Part shown: one piece after another, positions 14,140 to 26,381 of the stretch
Layout of the letters: every line of letters starts with the position of its first letter
How positions within the stretch are numbered: position 1 is the first letter of the stretch
Source: the human T2T-CHM13v2.0 reference genome, Homo sapiens
Length of the DNA: 64,000 bases
Direction: 5' to 3' (one strand)
NCBI RefSeq assembly: GCF_009914755.1
Contig: NC_060925.1
Program-made: the position numbers and the translations under genes
Notes under the pieces: generated by a model
What the model was told of the DNA's origin: nothing
What the model saw: the letters and a program-made list of their open reading frames with translations, nothing else
Databases searched by the model: none

Positions 14140-14398
14140 AGTAGGATTAATGGGATGAAATTGAGCAAAGGAAAATTTAAAGTGAACATCAGGAACATTT
14201 TCCGAAGATTGAAATCAATGATCCTGTGGAATTAAGATCCCAGGGGAGGTTGTGGGAGCCCTATTACTTGAATCAGTTCAAACTAGACTGGGCTAAATAT
14301 TTGAATATAATCCTACCTTGGCAGAGAGTAAACCTGCAATAGCTGGAAGATGGAAAAAATGACCTAATAGGTCTTTTCCATCCCTGACTTCTATGAGT
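14140..14398 (+). mobile_element. CR1/L3 LINE 3' end
   Basis: AATGGGATGAAATTGAGCAAAGGAAAATTTA...ATCAGGAA...GGTCTTTTCCATCCCTGACTTCTATGA is the characteristic CR1 ORF2 end and 3'UTR. Confidence 0.75.
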
Positions 14399-15631
14399 CA
14401 TCCAATGTATGCTGTTATGCGTCACACAGCCGGCCAGACCCAGGTCATTCACTATACATTTCAGCCACAAAATCCTCAGATTCTGACTGAGCCCCAACTA
14501 AACGGCTACCTCGGCAGAGACTGAGGGTCCCTTTGGGATTTCTGGTTAGTTTATAATCAATTAAATATCAGAAATGAATGCAGAAATAAGTCATAGAAGC
14601 AGAGGGTGGTGAATAATTGAGTTCTTGTCCCTACCCTCTGGGAGGGTCACCCTCAAGGCTTTGCAGACAGTCAGAAATCTTTCCACTGCAGTTGTTGTCT
14701 GTAACTCCGCCTCTCAGGCTTGGCTGGCCTCTGGATTGTGCTGGGGCAGCCACTGCCCTCTTAACTGCTGATGGCAGGCAGACCCACCTCCTGCTGTGGC
14801 TCGGGGCCTGCTGTGGCCTTTTCTGCAGACATCACTGCCCTGCAGCGGCAGCATTAGCGTAAGGTCATTTCCTCTCGTGCCCCTGCCAGAGGAATCAGCC
14901 CTCAGGAGCATTGCTTCAGGTCTGTCAGCCCACATGAGTCCCAGAGCATTTTCTTCAAACATTATTATTATTATTAGCTGCATCCTTTCTTCAAATACAA
15001 CTTTAGGAGAATATCTAAAGCTGACAAAAGCAACATTCCTTTGGTTTAAACAGGGAAGGGGACGGAGGACTCCCAGGAACTTCCTTCCTGGCCACCGCCC
15101 TGCTTCATGCCTCTTCCCCTTCATTGAGGAACAGATAGAAGCCACCATGAGGCACAGATTGAAAACACTCCTCTAGGCCCTTGCATGTATTTTCTTGCCA
15201 TTTTATGCTCAATAAAACCCACAAAGCCTGAATGAAACGATTGCTGCAGCTCTAGGCTTTACAGAGCCTCCTGACAAGGCATCTGTTGTAGACATTGGTT
15301 ATATATTCTCTCTTTTCCCTCCTCTGTTTGCTTAAACGCCCATGTAGCTGGTGGCTGGGAAGTGATTGGAGAAGATTGTAGAAAAGGAGGATTGGCTACT
15401 GGTGCTAACAACTTGTGTTTCACGTTAATTACATTAGACCTTAACCATTGCTTTTCCTTCTTTTGCATTTTCTCCTCTCTCTGGTGTTGTTTTGTGTAAC
15501 TTCAAGTTGGCCCTAAATATGCATTACCACCTGATATTCCTAGACAGGCATGGAAATATGGAGGCATGCATACTGAGCTTTAGCACTGTAGCTTTAGGAA
15601 GTGCAGGCAGCATCTATTGCTCCCCCTATGG

Positions 15632-15974
15632 CAGTGGTCCCCAGCGTTTTTGGCACCAGGGACCGGTTTCATGGAAGACAATTTTTTCATGGATGGGGTT
15701 GCTGGGTTGGAATGGTTTCAGATGAAATCGTTCCACCTCAGATCAATGGCATCAGTTAGATTCTCAAAACAATTGCTCAATCTAGATCCCTTACATGTGC
15801 TGCTCACAATAGGGTTTGCACTCCTATGAGAATTGAATGCCACTGCTGATATGACAGGAGGTAGAGCTCAGGCAATAATGCTCGCTTGTCTGCCACTCAC
15901 CTTCTGCTGTGTGGCCCATTTCCTAACATAACACGGACTGGTACCAGTACGTGGCCAGGGTGTTGGGACCCCTG
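15632..15974. mobile_element. MER1B hAT-Charlie transposon
   Basis: CAGTGGTCCCCAGCG...TTGGGACCCCTG TIRs; 8-bp flanks CCCTATGG/CCTTAGGG. Confidence 0.85.
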
Positions 15975-18579
15975 CCTTAGGGGATGTATTAGACTCATCT
16001 CCTACACCGAAAGTGGCCTCCATGTTTTAGTTTTCTAACTCATGATTTTCAAAGCATCCTTAGCTAAAATATGGAATTCTTCCAACTAATTGGGAGATAA
16101 ATAAATGGATTTGAATTCAAGTCTACTTGATGTGAAACCTATTTGATATCAGACTCTTAACCCCTGCATTGTTCTTGCTCTCGCTTAACTACAAGACCTG
16201 CAAAACAGAGGGAATTTGAATTCTGTATTTCTGGCGTACACCTACTCTGTGTGGGGCTTCCTTGGTGCAGCCAGGTAAAGAACGTCACCGGATTCGTGTT
16301 TATGTCTTTCTTCCTCTGACACTCCTTCTTTGGTGCTTTAAATTTCAAACAATTCGAGATTCAGAGAGAGGACTTAGAGGGTCAAGTCATGTGTCCTTTC
16401 TGGATCCCTGGGTAACTCTTTTTCCTATTGTTTCTCTCAGTAACCAGACATAATCTCCCCCATTATCCGGAGATAAGTACTGCCCTTAACTAAAACCTAA
16501 GGCTGTTTACTTATTTTGTTCCTTTCATAATTTCCCACCTTCATGAAAAGGAAGCTTTGAGTTAGGAGCAAGTGATGGGGCACAGGCATCCTAGACCTAG
16601 AGCGAGAAGGGCCACCAATGAGCCTTTAGTTCCTTACTGCCTTTACTGAATGAGAAAAAAGAAACCTAAAGAGAGGTTATGTGGCTCACATCCTTAAATT
16701 AGAGAATTAGGAGTGAATTAAGGTTTGACGTCAAAGTCCACAATTTTTTTCTCCTTGTTACTCAGAGAAAGAGAGACATAGGGTTAGGGCCTGAGCTTGA
16801 GGAAAATGTGGCAACTTTTAGAGAAAAGGTTTGTGTAGAAACGTTCTCAGAGGGCAATCTTTTATGAGTCAGTCCTCAGAGGGCTTTCTGTGAACACATC
16901 AGAGACATATGGATTACAAACATTTAAGATCCATATGGGTTAGAGAACAGAGACAGGGGAAAAATTTTGGCAAACACATTTGCTTTTTTAATATATGTGT
17001 GTGCCTGTGCCTATATATGTATACATATATTATCAAATTTAAAACACTTGAAAAGCAATCCCAGGCGTTTCAGCCTAAACCACAGAGTGGCTCATCCATC
17101 CCCACTAATAAGTTCCAATCCTTCTGTTGTGTGGTCTTTCCATTCCATGGGTTAGGACCCTGTAAGTCTGTTATACTTCAACCTGAATCCTGCCTGTTTT
17201 ATACATTTTTAAAGATAGGTATAAAGAGACCAAATCTCACACTCCCATACAGGAACCCAACTCCCAGGAGTCAGCATTTAGCAGAATAGCTTCTTTGTGT
17301 TTTAAAATGTTTTAAGTCCACTTATAAATAAATTGGGCTATACCAGTGCTTTTGTAACGCACATTGTGAAAAATGAACGGTCAGCTTAAAATAGATTTTA
17401 TTTTACTGCCAAGTGCATTATGTAAAAAATGTACTCCATCTGGCAGGACAGACCGTGTGGTCGTGTGGATGGAGCTCAGATAAGGGAGCAGTCCTTTGTG
17501 TTAAGAGAATGCCGCTCGAGACCCTGATGTCTATCAGGACACAAGCCACGATCGATGGAGCAGTTCATGAACAAACAAGCCATCTCCTCTTCCTGAGGTA
17601 CACAGGCAAACTTCCCTTCCTGTGAACAAAAGCAGCCAATGCTCACCAGCCTGGAATTAGCTACTCTTCCGCCTCACTTTCTCTATCACTTGTCAATGCA
17701 CCAGCTCCCAGAACGGGAACCTAGTGTGGGTCAACGTAAACCTGCAGACCCGCCTTCATCATTTCACAATAGTGACATGACCTGGAGCTTTTGACTGATA
17801 CTTCTTCATTTTGGCAAAGCTGAACTTACAACAAGCTCCTTGCAATTTTTAATTTTTGCTCTTGTAACTTTACTCATATGCTCTTCAACCTGACGTATCC
17901 TCCCACTCTTTTTCCACGAATTCATATCCATCACTTTCTTCAAGGTTCAAAACAATGTTCAGGTTCTTAAGGATTGCATCCTTAACCCGATTCAAATATA
18001 ATAATCCTCTTCTTTGAATATAAGTACTCTCATTTTCTCAAGCTTTTCTCTCCTCTGGGGTTCCTCTTCCTTTTCTTCATGTTTAACAAGTATCTAATTA
18101 GGCCCGTAGGAGAAGCTGGCAAATTATACCAAATATAACATGGCTGCCAATCTGAGTTTTTCAGCCTAGCAACTGGACACTCCATGAAATATCCTAGTTT
18201 CTTTAATAGGAACACTTTCTAAGAATAGATAGGCATATATCTTGATTACTAATCTCACCAGAACTCTACTAATTAGCTGTCTCCTTCTTGCTAAACTGTT
18301 AACTGATAATTGATAATCCTCGGGGTATTTGTATGTTAGTAGAGAATTGTCAAGTAAGCCAGCATTACCTTAAGCCTTTAAATCGAAACTTGGCTTTTGA
18401 CTTTTGACTTGAATCGAACTTTGACCTTTGACTCTAGGCTCTTATCTCTTTAAATTGAACCACCAGCACCCAGTTAGTCCCTATTTATGGTTGAAATTCC
18501 TGGAATGGGTTCTCCCATTCCTGCTCGATGCTGCCCACCCTGTTTTGTGCTTGTGCCCTCCCAGGAGGATGATATGGAG

Positions 18580-18800
18580 GTTACGAGCTCAGATGCAGGA
18601 GGCCGACAGAACTGACTTTGGCACCTACTAGCTCTGTGACTTAAATCTATCTAAGCTTCAGTTTTCTTACCTATAAAACAGGGATAATATTATCCCTCTG
18701 TATTATGTTCTTAAGGAAATTACTTGAAATAATGCATGTAAGATATTTAGCTGAGTACCTGATAAAGAAACCTTGAATTTTAGTTGTTATTATTGTTGTT
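18580..18800. mobile_element. MIR
   Basis: CTACTAGCTCTGTGACTT...CTTCAGTTTTCTTACCTATAAAACAGGGATAATA core. Confidence 0.7.
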
Positions 18801-19897
18801 GATCTGAATCCTATTTTCAGTCTTGATTTACCCACAAAATGTGAGAAATTGATAGATTTTCCTTTTGAACTTTGACTCTAGGCTCTTTTCCCTAGATTTT
18901 GACACTTTTTATATGTGATTTTACATCTTCCTCTGTCCTACTCTAGGTGACTTTCGTGTCTAGTTTGTCCTCAGCTTCTGGGCTCCCTCCTGTAATATTA
19001 TTCTATGTCTACTCAGGAGAGGAACATTCCAGGAGTCAAGGAAGAATTTCTACAGTTGCATAGCAAGAATCCTCATATGTAATACCTATACTACCTAAAG
19101 AATCATCACTTGCACCACTCTACCACTTCTATACCTTCCATGGCAGGTGTGTTTGGAACAGTGCTACACATACAATAGTCAACAATAAAGGTTCATGGAG
19201 TGAGGGGAAGGTGTGCTAAACAAAAGCTAACAGGGATAAAAGCATTCCCATGGACTTTTTGGTCAAAATGATTACTTGGAGTTTGTCCTGTATCTGAAAT
19301 TTTCTTGAACTGGCTACTGTCATAGCAGAGTGGAATTCAGTTTTCAACTAAAAGTCACAGACAGAACTGACAAGACTTTCTGACTGATGACTTCCCATAG
19401 ATGCCAGGGTCAACCTGGAAGGAACGCTGGGCAGGTGGACAAACACCAGGTAATAGCTTCCGTAGCTCAATACCCAGAGTAGGTCAGAGGTTGATAAACT
19501 CCTGGTGCCCACAGGAAACTCATAACCAGGTAGGAAACTGAGGTGGAGAGACCATGTCAGACATCAGCACAAGTTCAAGATTGTAGACATTGGAGAGCAA
19601 GATGGTCAGCACCAAAGGTAAGTTGAGACGTGAAAGTGACCAGGGAATGGGCTATAAACAGATACATTGAAACCTTGTGCTTATTAGGGGCTGATCATGA
19701 GACAAGATTGGTCTGGCTGTTGGAAAGTTCAGAGCTGGTTACACCTTTGGATTCATAGTCTACTTAAAATCTTTATTCAGGGGTTTCAAACTCAATTTTG
19801 CTATAGAGGGCTCTGTCTGTTTTTGCTTCTTTCCATCTGAACATATTAGGTACATATGGATTAAAGAAAACCAGTTTGGCATTTAAATTATATATCA

Positions 19898-20187
19898 GGC
19901 TGGGTATGGTGGCTTATACCTTTAATCCCAGCATTTTGGGAGGCCAAGGAGGGCAGATTATGTGAAGCTAGGAGTTTGAGACTAGCTTGATCAACATGGT
20001 GAAACCCTGACTCTACTAAAAAATACAAAAATTAGCTGGGCGTGGTGGCACACTCTTGTAAATCCCAGCTACTTGGGAGGCTGAGGCACAAGAATTGCTT
20101 GAACCCAGAAGGCGGAGGTGCAGTGAGCCAAGATCGTGCCACTGCACTCTAGCCGGGGTGATAGAGCCAGACTCTGTCTCAAAAAAA
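19898..20187 (+). mobile_element. Alu (AluS/J)
   Basis: full dimeric Alu with short A tail. Confidence 0.9.
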
Positions 20188-20337
20188 TACATTATATACA
20201 TCAAGTATACAAATGTTTTTTGCTTTCTTGTTTGTTTTTAAATAGGAGAAGAAGGCCCTGCTTAGCTGTGTATTTTTATCACCAAATGAGGGGCTTCAAC
20301 AAACCTTTTAGTTATGTTTGACACCACATAGGCTGCT

Positions 20338-20805
20338 GGGGTAGGAAGAATCACGGCCCCCCCAGTGATGTCCATGTTCTAATCCCTGGAATCTGTATGT
20401 TACTTGCATGGAAAAGGGACTTTGTAGATATGGTTAAGGTAAGGCTCCTGTGATGGAAAGACTAGACTGGATTATCCAGGGGAGCTCTGTGTAATTGTGA
20501 GGGTCCTCATAAATTAAAGGGGCAGTCAGGAGAGTGCATGAGGGAGAGCTCTGAAGATGCTACACTGCTGGCTTTGATGAGGGAAGGGGAACACAAGCCA
20601 AGGGGTTCAAGAGGCGACCAGGCACTGGAAAAGGCATGGATATGAGTTTTTCTATAGAGCCCCCAGAAAGGACATCACCTTGCCAACACTTTGATTTTAG
20701 CCTAGTGGGAAGCCATTTTGGACTTCTCACCTCCAGAACCCTAAGATAATGAATTTGTGTTGTTTAAAGCTGCTACATTTGTGGTAATTTGTTAAGCAGA
20801 ATACA
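20338..20805 (+). mobile_element. MaLR LTR (MLT1D-like)
   Basis: GATGTCCATGTTCTAATCCCTGGAATCTG...GACTTCTCACCTCCAGAAC...TTTGTGGTAATTTGTTA. Confidence 0.8.
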
Positions 20806-21600
20806 ATTGTGCTGCCACTACTACCTTAAGGACTAATTTTGTTTCAGATCTGGTATTCAGGGTGAAATTTTTTTCTCTTAGTCATTTCTTAGGAAATGCT
20901 GTCACCTGTTGAATAATTGAAACTTTATACTTCATGATCCTAAACACTTTTTCTGTAGAGAATATTAATGAGATATCAGGCATGCCTTTTGTTTATACTC
21001 ATTATTCTCTTTTAAAATAATAATTTTTTAAACTTTTTTTCCAAATCCCTGTTTAAATCAGTTTTGTCTTTTTTATGGTTATCTCCTTAGGCATATTTAG
21101 AATGCCTCTTTAAATTAATTTTGAATCTTTACCTCGGAGGCAAAAGCCTGTATGTTTCTGAAAATGTTTACAAAAAACAAACTCCATGATTCCAAAGGAA
21201 AAGTGTTTCTTATACTACTCAAATATCAGGTATTGCTTTTTTTCATTTCTGAGGCCATTTTTTTTCTTTTTGTCCTGGTCTTAGCAAACAAAGAAAAATA
21301 CTCTGCAGAAGAAAATGGTAATTTGTTTTCTTCATTTGTCTTCCCACAATCCCTACATATCTCTATCTTCAGGAACCCGTAACTCCTGAGAAAGAAACTC
21401 TCTCATCCTTTTTAAATCTATTTCTTTCTGCCTGTATTTTCAGTCTCACATATGTCTCATTCTTCTGGAATCTTGTTCCCTCAGTTAATCCTTTTATCTA
21501 CTTCCCACATCTGAAAATGCAAACTATCAAACACATAACACCAAGTTATTTCATTGGACCCTGTTTTTTCTCTCTGTTCTTCCTTTTATTTTCTCTCTTA

Positions 21601-22022
21601 TGTGTTAATCTATTTACATTGCTATACAGAAATACCTGAGACTGAGTAATTTATACCGAAAAGAGGTTTATTTTGGCTTATGGTTCTGTAGGCTGCACAG
21701 GAAGCATGGTGATAACATCTGCTTCTGGTGAGGACCTTACAAAGCTTACAATCATGATGGACGGCAAAGGGGGAGCCAGCATATCACATGGTAAGAGGGA
21801 GCAAGAGAGAGAGGATGGGGCACCAGCTTCCTTTTAAACAATCAGCTTTCTCAGAAACTAATAGAGAGAGAACTCACTTATCACCAAGGGGATGAAGCTA
21901 AACCATTCATGAGGAATTTGCCCCCACAATCCAACATCTGTCTCCCACCAGGCTCCACCTTCAACACTGGGGATCACATTTAACATGAGATTTAGAGGGG
22001 ACAAAACATCCAAACCATATGA
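21601..22022 (-). mobile_element. MaLR solo LTR (MST family)
   Basis: CATTGCTATACAGAAATACCTGAGACTG...CATGAGATTTAGAGGGGACAAAACATCCAAACCATA. Confidence 0.85.
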
Positions 22023-22354
22023 CTTTAATATTAAATTTGAAAAAATTCTTCACTTTTCATTCACATTTCAACTCTGGCAACCTGAATCTCATACAAACCT
22101 CTCCACTGAAGTTGTTTTTGTGAAAGTCACAGATGACCTGTTGATTGCTAACTCCCATGAATATCTTAAGGTTTAAATATTCCATGTCGGAACATATAAT
22201 AAGCACTAAAAGGCACATGTCAAGGTATAAAAAATGTTGCAAAACATACTACAAGGAATTGACATATTTAATCTGTAAAAGCCCCTTACAGAAATACTAT
22301 TAAAAGAGTAATTTATATAATATTATAATTTAAGAAAAAATTATAATTTGTTAA

Positions 22355-22789
22355 TGTCAGACCTCTGAGCCCAAGCCAAGCCATCGCATCCCCTGTGACT
22401 TGCACGTATATGCCCAGATGGCCTGAAGTAACTGAAGAATCACAAAAGAAGTGAAAAGGCCCTGCCCTGCCTTAACTGATGACATTCCACCATTGTGATT
22501 TGTTCCTGCCCCACCTTAACTGAGTGATTAACACTGTGAATTTCCTTCTCCTGGCTCAGAAGCTCCCCCACTGAGCACCTTGTGACCCCTGCCCCTGCCC
22601 ACCAGAGAACAAACCCCCTTTGACTGTAATTTTTCATTACCTTCCCAAATCCTACAAAACAGCCCCACCCTTATCTCCCTTCGCGGACTCTCTTTTCGGA
22701 CTCAGCCCACCTGCACCCAGGTGAAATAAACAGCTTTATTGCTCACACAAAGCCTGTTTGGTGGTCTCTTCACACGGACGCGCATGAAA
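22355..22789 (+). mobile_element. LTR7-family LTR, left copy, pointing rightwards
   Basis: TGTCAGACCTCTGAGCCCAAGCC ... AATAAA (22725-22730) ... CACACGGACGCGCATGAAA; TATA position reads CCTACAAAAC. Confidence 0.95.
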
Positions 22790-22791
22790 TT

Positions 22792-22809
22792 TGGTGCCAT
22801 GACTCGGAT
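22792..22809 (+). other. Primer binding site, tRNA-His (left copy)
   Basis: TGGTGCCATGACTCGGAT directly after LTR; one G>A from the tRNA-His complement TGGTGCCGTGACTCGGAT. Confidence 0.9.
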
Positions 22810-24819
22810 CGGGGGACCTCCCTTGGGAGATCAATCCCCCGTCCTCCTGCCCTTTGCTCCATGAGAAAGATCCACCTACGACCTCAGGTCCTCAGACCGA
22901 CCAGCCCAAGAAACATCTCACCAATTTCAAATCCAGTAAGCGGCCTCTTTTTACTCTCTTCTCCAACCTTCCTCACTATCCCTCAACCTCTTTCTCCTTT
23001 CAATCTTGGAGCCACACTTCAATCTCTCCCTTCTCTGGGGGTGGTATGGAGAGAGAATGGGTGATGGTTCTCAGGGCTGCTTCAAGCGGGATTAGGGGCG
23101 GCGTGGGAACGTAGAGTGGGAGAGATTAAGCTGAAGGAAGATCTTGTGGTAAGGGGTGATATTGTGGGGTTGCTAGAAGAAACATTTGTCGTATAGAATG
23201 ATTGGTGATGGCCTGGATACGGTTTTGTATGAATTGAAAAACTAAATGGAATAAGAGAAGGAGAAAAACAGGTATAAAAGGTCTAAGAATTGGGAGGACC
23301 TAGGACATCTGATTAGAGAGTGCCTAAGGAGATTCAGCATAGTCCTGCCAGCAAAGATTATTTATTTACTTCAAGAGTTTAGAGTGGCAGTTTGGGGATA
23401 GCACCAGGAGATATCAGCTGTGATGGCTTGGAGAAACAGTATAAACCGGCAGTGTAAACAAGAGCAGGGCATGTATGAGTAGTTGAGAACGGTGAATAGG
23501 AGTATGACTAGACAAAAGATAGTAGGGATGACAAGTTTTTTTGGGGCACAGTCTAAGTTGGTCTGGTGTCGAATGAGACTGGGGCCTAATAAAAAGGAGC
23601 ATCTATACAGGAGCTCAAATGGGCTGTACCTTGTAACATTCTGAGGACAGGCCTGAATTCTGAGAAGTGAAAGTGGTAAAAGTATTGTCCAGTCCTTTTT
23701 AAGTTGGTGGCTGAGCTTGGTGAGTTGTGTTTTTTAAAGACCTTTAGTCCGTTCTACTTTTCCTGAAGACGGAGGACCGTAAGGGATATAAAGGTTTCAC
23801 TGAATACTAAGAGCCTGAAAAACTGCTTGGCTGATTTGACTAATAAAGGCTGGTCTGTTGTCAGACTGTATAGAGGTGGGAAGGCTAAACTGAGGAATTA
23901 TGACTGACAGAAGGGAAGAAATGACTGCGGTGGCCTTCTCAGACCCTGTAGGAAAGGCCTTTACTTATTCACTGAAAGTGTCTATTTAGACTAAGAGGTA
24001 TTTTACTTTCCTGACTCGGGCATGTTGAGTAAAGCTAATTTGCCAGTCCTGGGTGGGGGCAAATCCTCGAGCTTGATGAGTAGGGAAGGGAGGGGGCCTG
24101 AATAATCCCTGAGGAGTAGTAGAATAGCAGATGGAACACTGAGAAGTTATTTCCTTGAGGATAGATTTCCAGGATGGAAAGGAAATGAGAGGTTCTGAGA
24201 GGCAGGCTAGTGGCTTGTACTATAGCATAGCCTGTCTTTGCTGGTGTGTGGCGATTAGGCCTGGTGGAACTGCCATCAATAAATCAAGTGTGATCAGGGT
24301 GAGGAACAGGAAAGAAGGAAATATGGGGAAATGGGGTGAATATCAGGTGGATCAGAGAGATACAGTCATGGGGGTCAGGTGTGGTATCAGGAATAATGTG
24401 AGAGGCTAGATTGAAGTCCGGGCCAGGAACAATGGTAATTGTGGGACTTAAAGAGTGAGTACAGCTGAAGGAGCTGGGGAGCAGAAAGTATATGCATCAG
24501 GTATGAGGAAGAAAATAGATTTTGGAAGTTATGAGAAATGTAGAGAGTGATTTGAGCATAGTTTGTGATTTTGAGGGCCTCTAACAGTATTAAAGCAGCG
24601 GCAGCTGCTGCACGCAGACATGAGGGCTAGGCTAAAACAGTAAGGTCAAGTTGTTTGGACAGAAAGGCTACAGGGTGTGGTCCTGGCTCTTGTGTAAGAA
24701 TTCTGACCGCACTAACCATGCCTAGGAAGGAAAGGAGTTGTTGTGTTGTAGAAGGTGCTGGGGTTTGAGAGATCAGTCGGACAAGATTGGCAGGGAGAGC
24801 ACGTGTGTTTTTATGAGAA

Positions 24820-25329
24820 TTATGCCGAGATAGGTAACAGATGAGGAAGAAATTTGGGCTTGATTGAAGTAATGGGGGCTGTCTGTGAAGCTTTGCGGCA
24901 GTACAGCCTAAGTAATTTGCTGAGCTTGATGGGTGTCAGGGTCAGTCCAAGTGAAAGCGAAGACAGGCTGGGATGAAGGGTGCAAAGGAATAGTAAAGAA
25001 GGCATGTTTGAGATCTAGAGCAGAATAATGGGTTGTAGAGGCAGGTATTGAGGATAGGAGAGTATATGGGTTTGGCACCACGGGGTGGATAGGCAAAACA
25101 ATTTGGTTGATAAGGCGCAGATCCTGTAAGGCTTGTCTGGTTTTAGGACAGGTAAAATGGGGGAATTGTAAGGAGCGTTTATAGGCTTTAAAAGGCCATG
25201 CTGTAGCAGGCGAGTGATAACAGGCTTTAATCTTTTTAAAGAGTGCTGTGGGATGGGATATTGGCGTTGAGTGGGGTAAGGGTGATTAGGTTTTAATGAG
25301 ATGGTAAGGGGTGCATGATCGGTCACCAA
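24820..25329 (-). pseudogene. pol: HERV-H pol (reverse transcriptase N-terminal) remnants, frameshifted and deleted
   Basis: QYPIP...LLKP...PYNSPILPVLKP and HPVVPNPYTLLS...LDLKHAFFTIPLHPSSQPVFAFTW. Confidence 0.9.
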
Positions 25330-25482
25330 GGAGGGAGTAGAGGTATCTTATACTTGTGGGTTAAGGTGAGGGGATACAAGAGGAGGACGCAAAGGAGGCT
25401 TTGGATTGGGAAGAAGGGCGGCAATGAGATATAGCTGTAGTCCAGGAATAGTCAGGGAAGCAGATAATTTAGTTAAAGTGTC

Positions 25483-25707
25483 TCAGCCTAATAACGGAAC
25501 TGGGCAGGTGGGGATAACTAAAAAGGAGTGCTTAAAAGAGTATTGTCTAAGTTGGCACCAGAGTTGGGGAGTTTTAAGAGGTTTAGAAGCCTGGCCGTCA
25601 ATACCCACAACAGTTATGGAGGCAAGGGAAACAGGCCCTTGAAAAGAAGGTGATGTGGAGTGGGTAGCCTCCATATTGATTAAGAAGGGGACGGGCTTAC
25701 CTTCCAC
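25483..25707 (-). pseudogene. pro: HERV-H protease remnant with degenerate catalytic motif
   Basis: PVPFLINMEATHS (D-T-G-A degenerate), VVGIDG, FLVIPTCPVPLLG. Confidence 0.85.
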
Positions 25708-25887
25708 TGTGAGAGTTACCTGAAGCTTGGTGTCCGTGATGGTCTAGGGGGCTTCTGAGGCAATTGGGCAGTATCAGTCTTCAGCTGCTAAGCTGAGAAG
25801 ATCTGGGAAGGAGTCAGTCAGAGAGCCTTGGGCCAGAGTTCCAAGGGCTCTGGGAGTGGCTGCCAGGTGAGTTGAACAGTCCAATTT

Positions 25888-26381
25888 TCAGTGGGGTCCC
25901 ACACAGATGGGATGCGGCTTAGGAGGAATCCCAGGCTGCAGGCATTCCTTGGCCCAGTGGCCAGATTTCCGGCACGTGTAGCAAGCTCCTGGGGGAGGAG
26001 GTTCTGGAGGAAGGCCTGGCTGCTGGGGTTCAGGCATTTGGAAGTTCTTGTGTGCTGGAGATGTGGCTGGTGTTTGTCTCACAGTGGAGGCAAGGAATTG
26101 CAACTTTTTTCTGTTATTGTACACCTTGAAGGTGAAGTTAATTAAGTCCTGTTGTGGGGTTTGAGGGCCAGATTCCAATTTTTGGAGTTTTATTTAATGT
26201 CGGGAGCAGATTGGGTAATAAAATGTATATTGAGAATAAGACGGCCTTTTGACTTTTTAGGGTCTAGGGCTGTAAAGCATCTCAGGGTTGCTGCCAAACG
26301 AGCCATGAACTGGGCTGGATTTTTATATTTGATGAAAAAGAGCCTAAACGCTTCTGATTTGGGATAAAGAAAAAGGAGCAT
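25888..26381 (-). pseudogene. gag: HERV-H gag C-terminal remnants (MHR and NC zinc knuckle)
   Basis: NPAQFMARL...HFITQSAPDIK; CYTCRKSGHWAKEC CCHC knuckle. Confidence 0.9.

Noticed and set aside
14617-15176. Three overlapping ORFs (81-144 aa) as a possible exon or miRNA hairpin
   Set aside because: No recognisable domain, splice structure or convincing long stem
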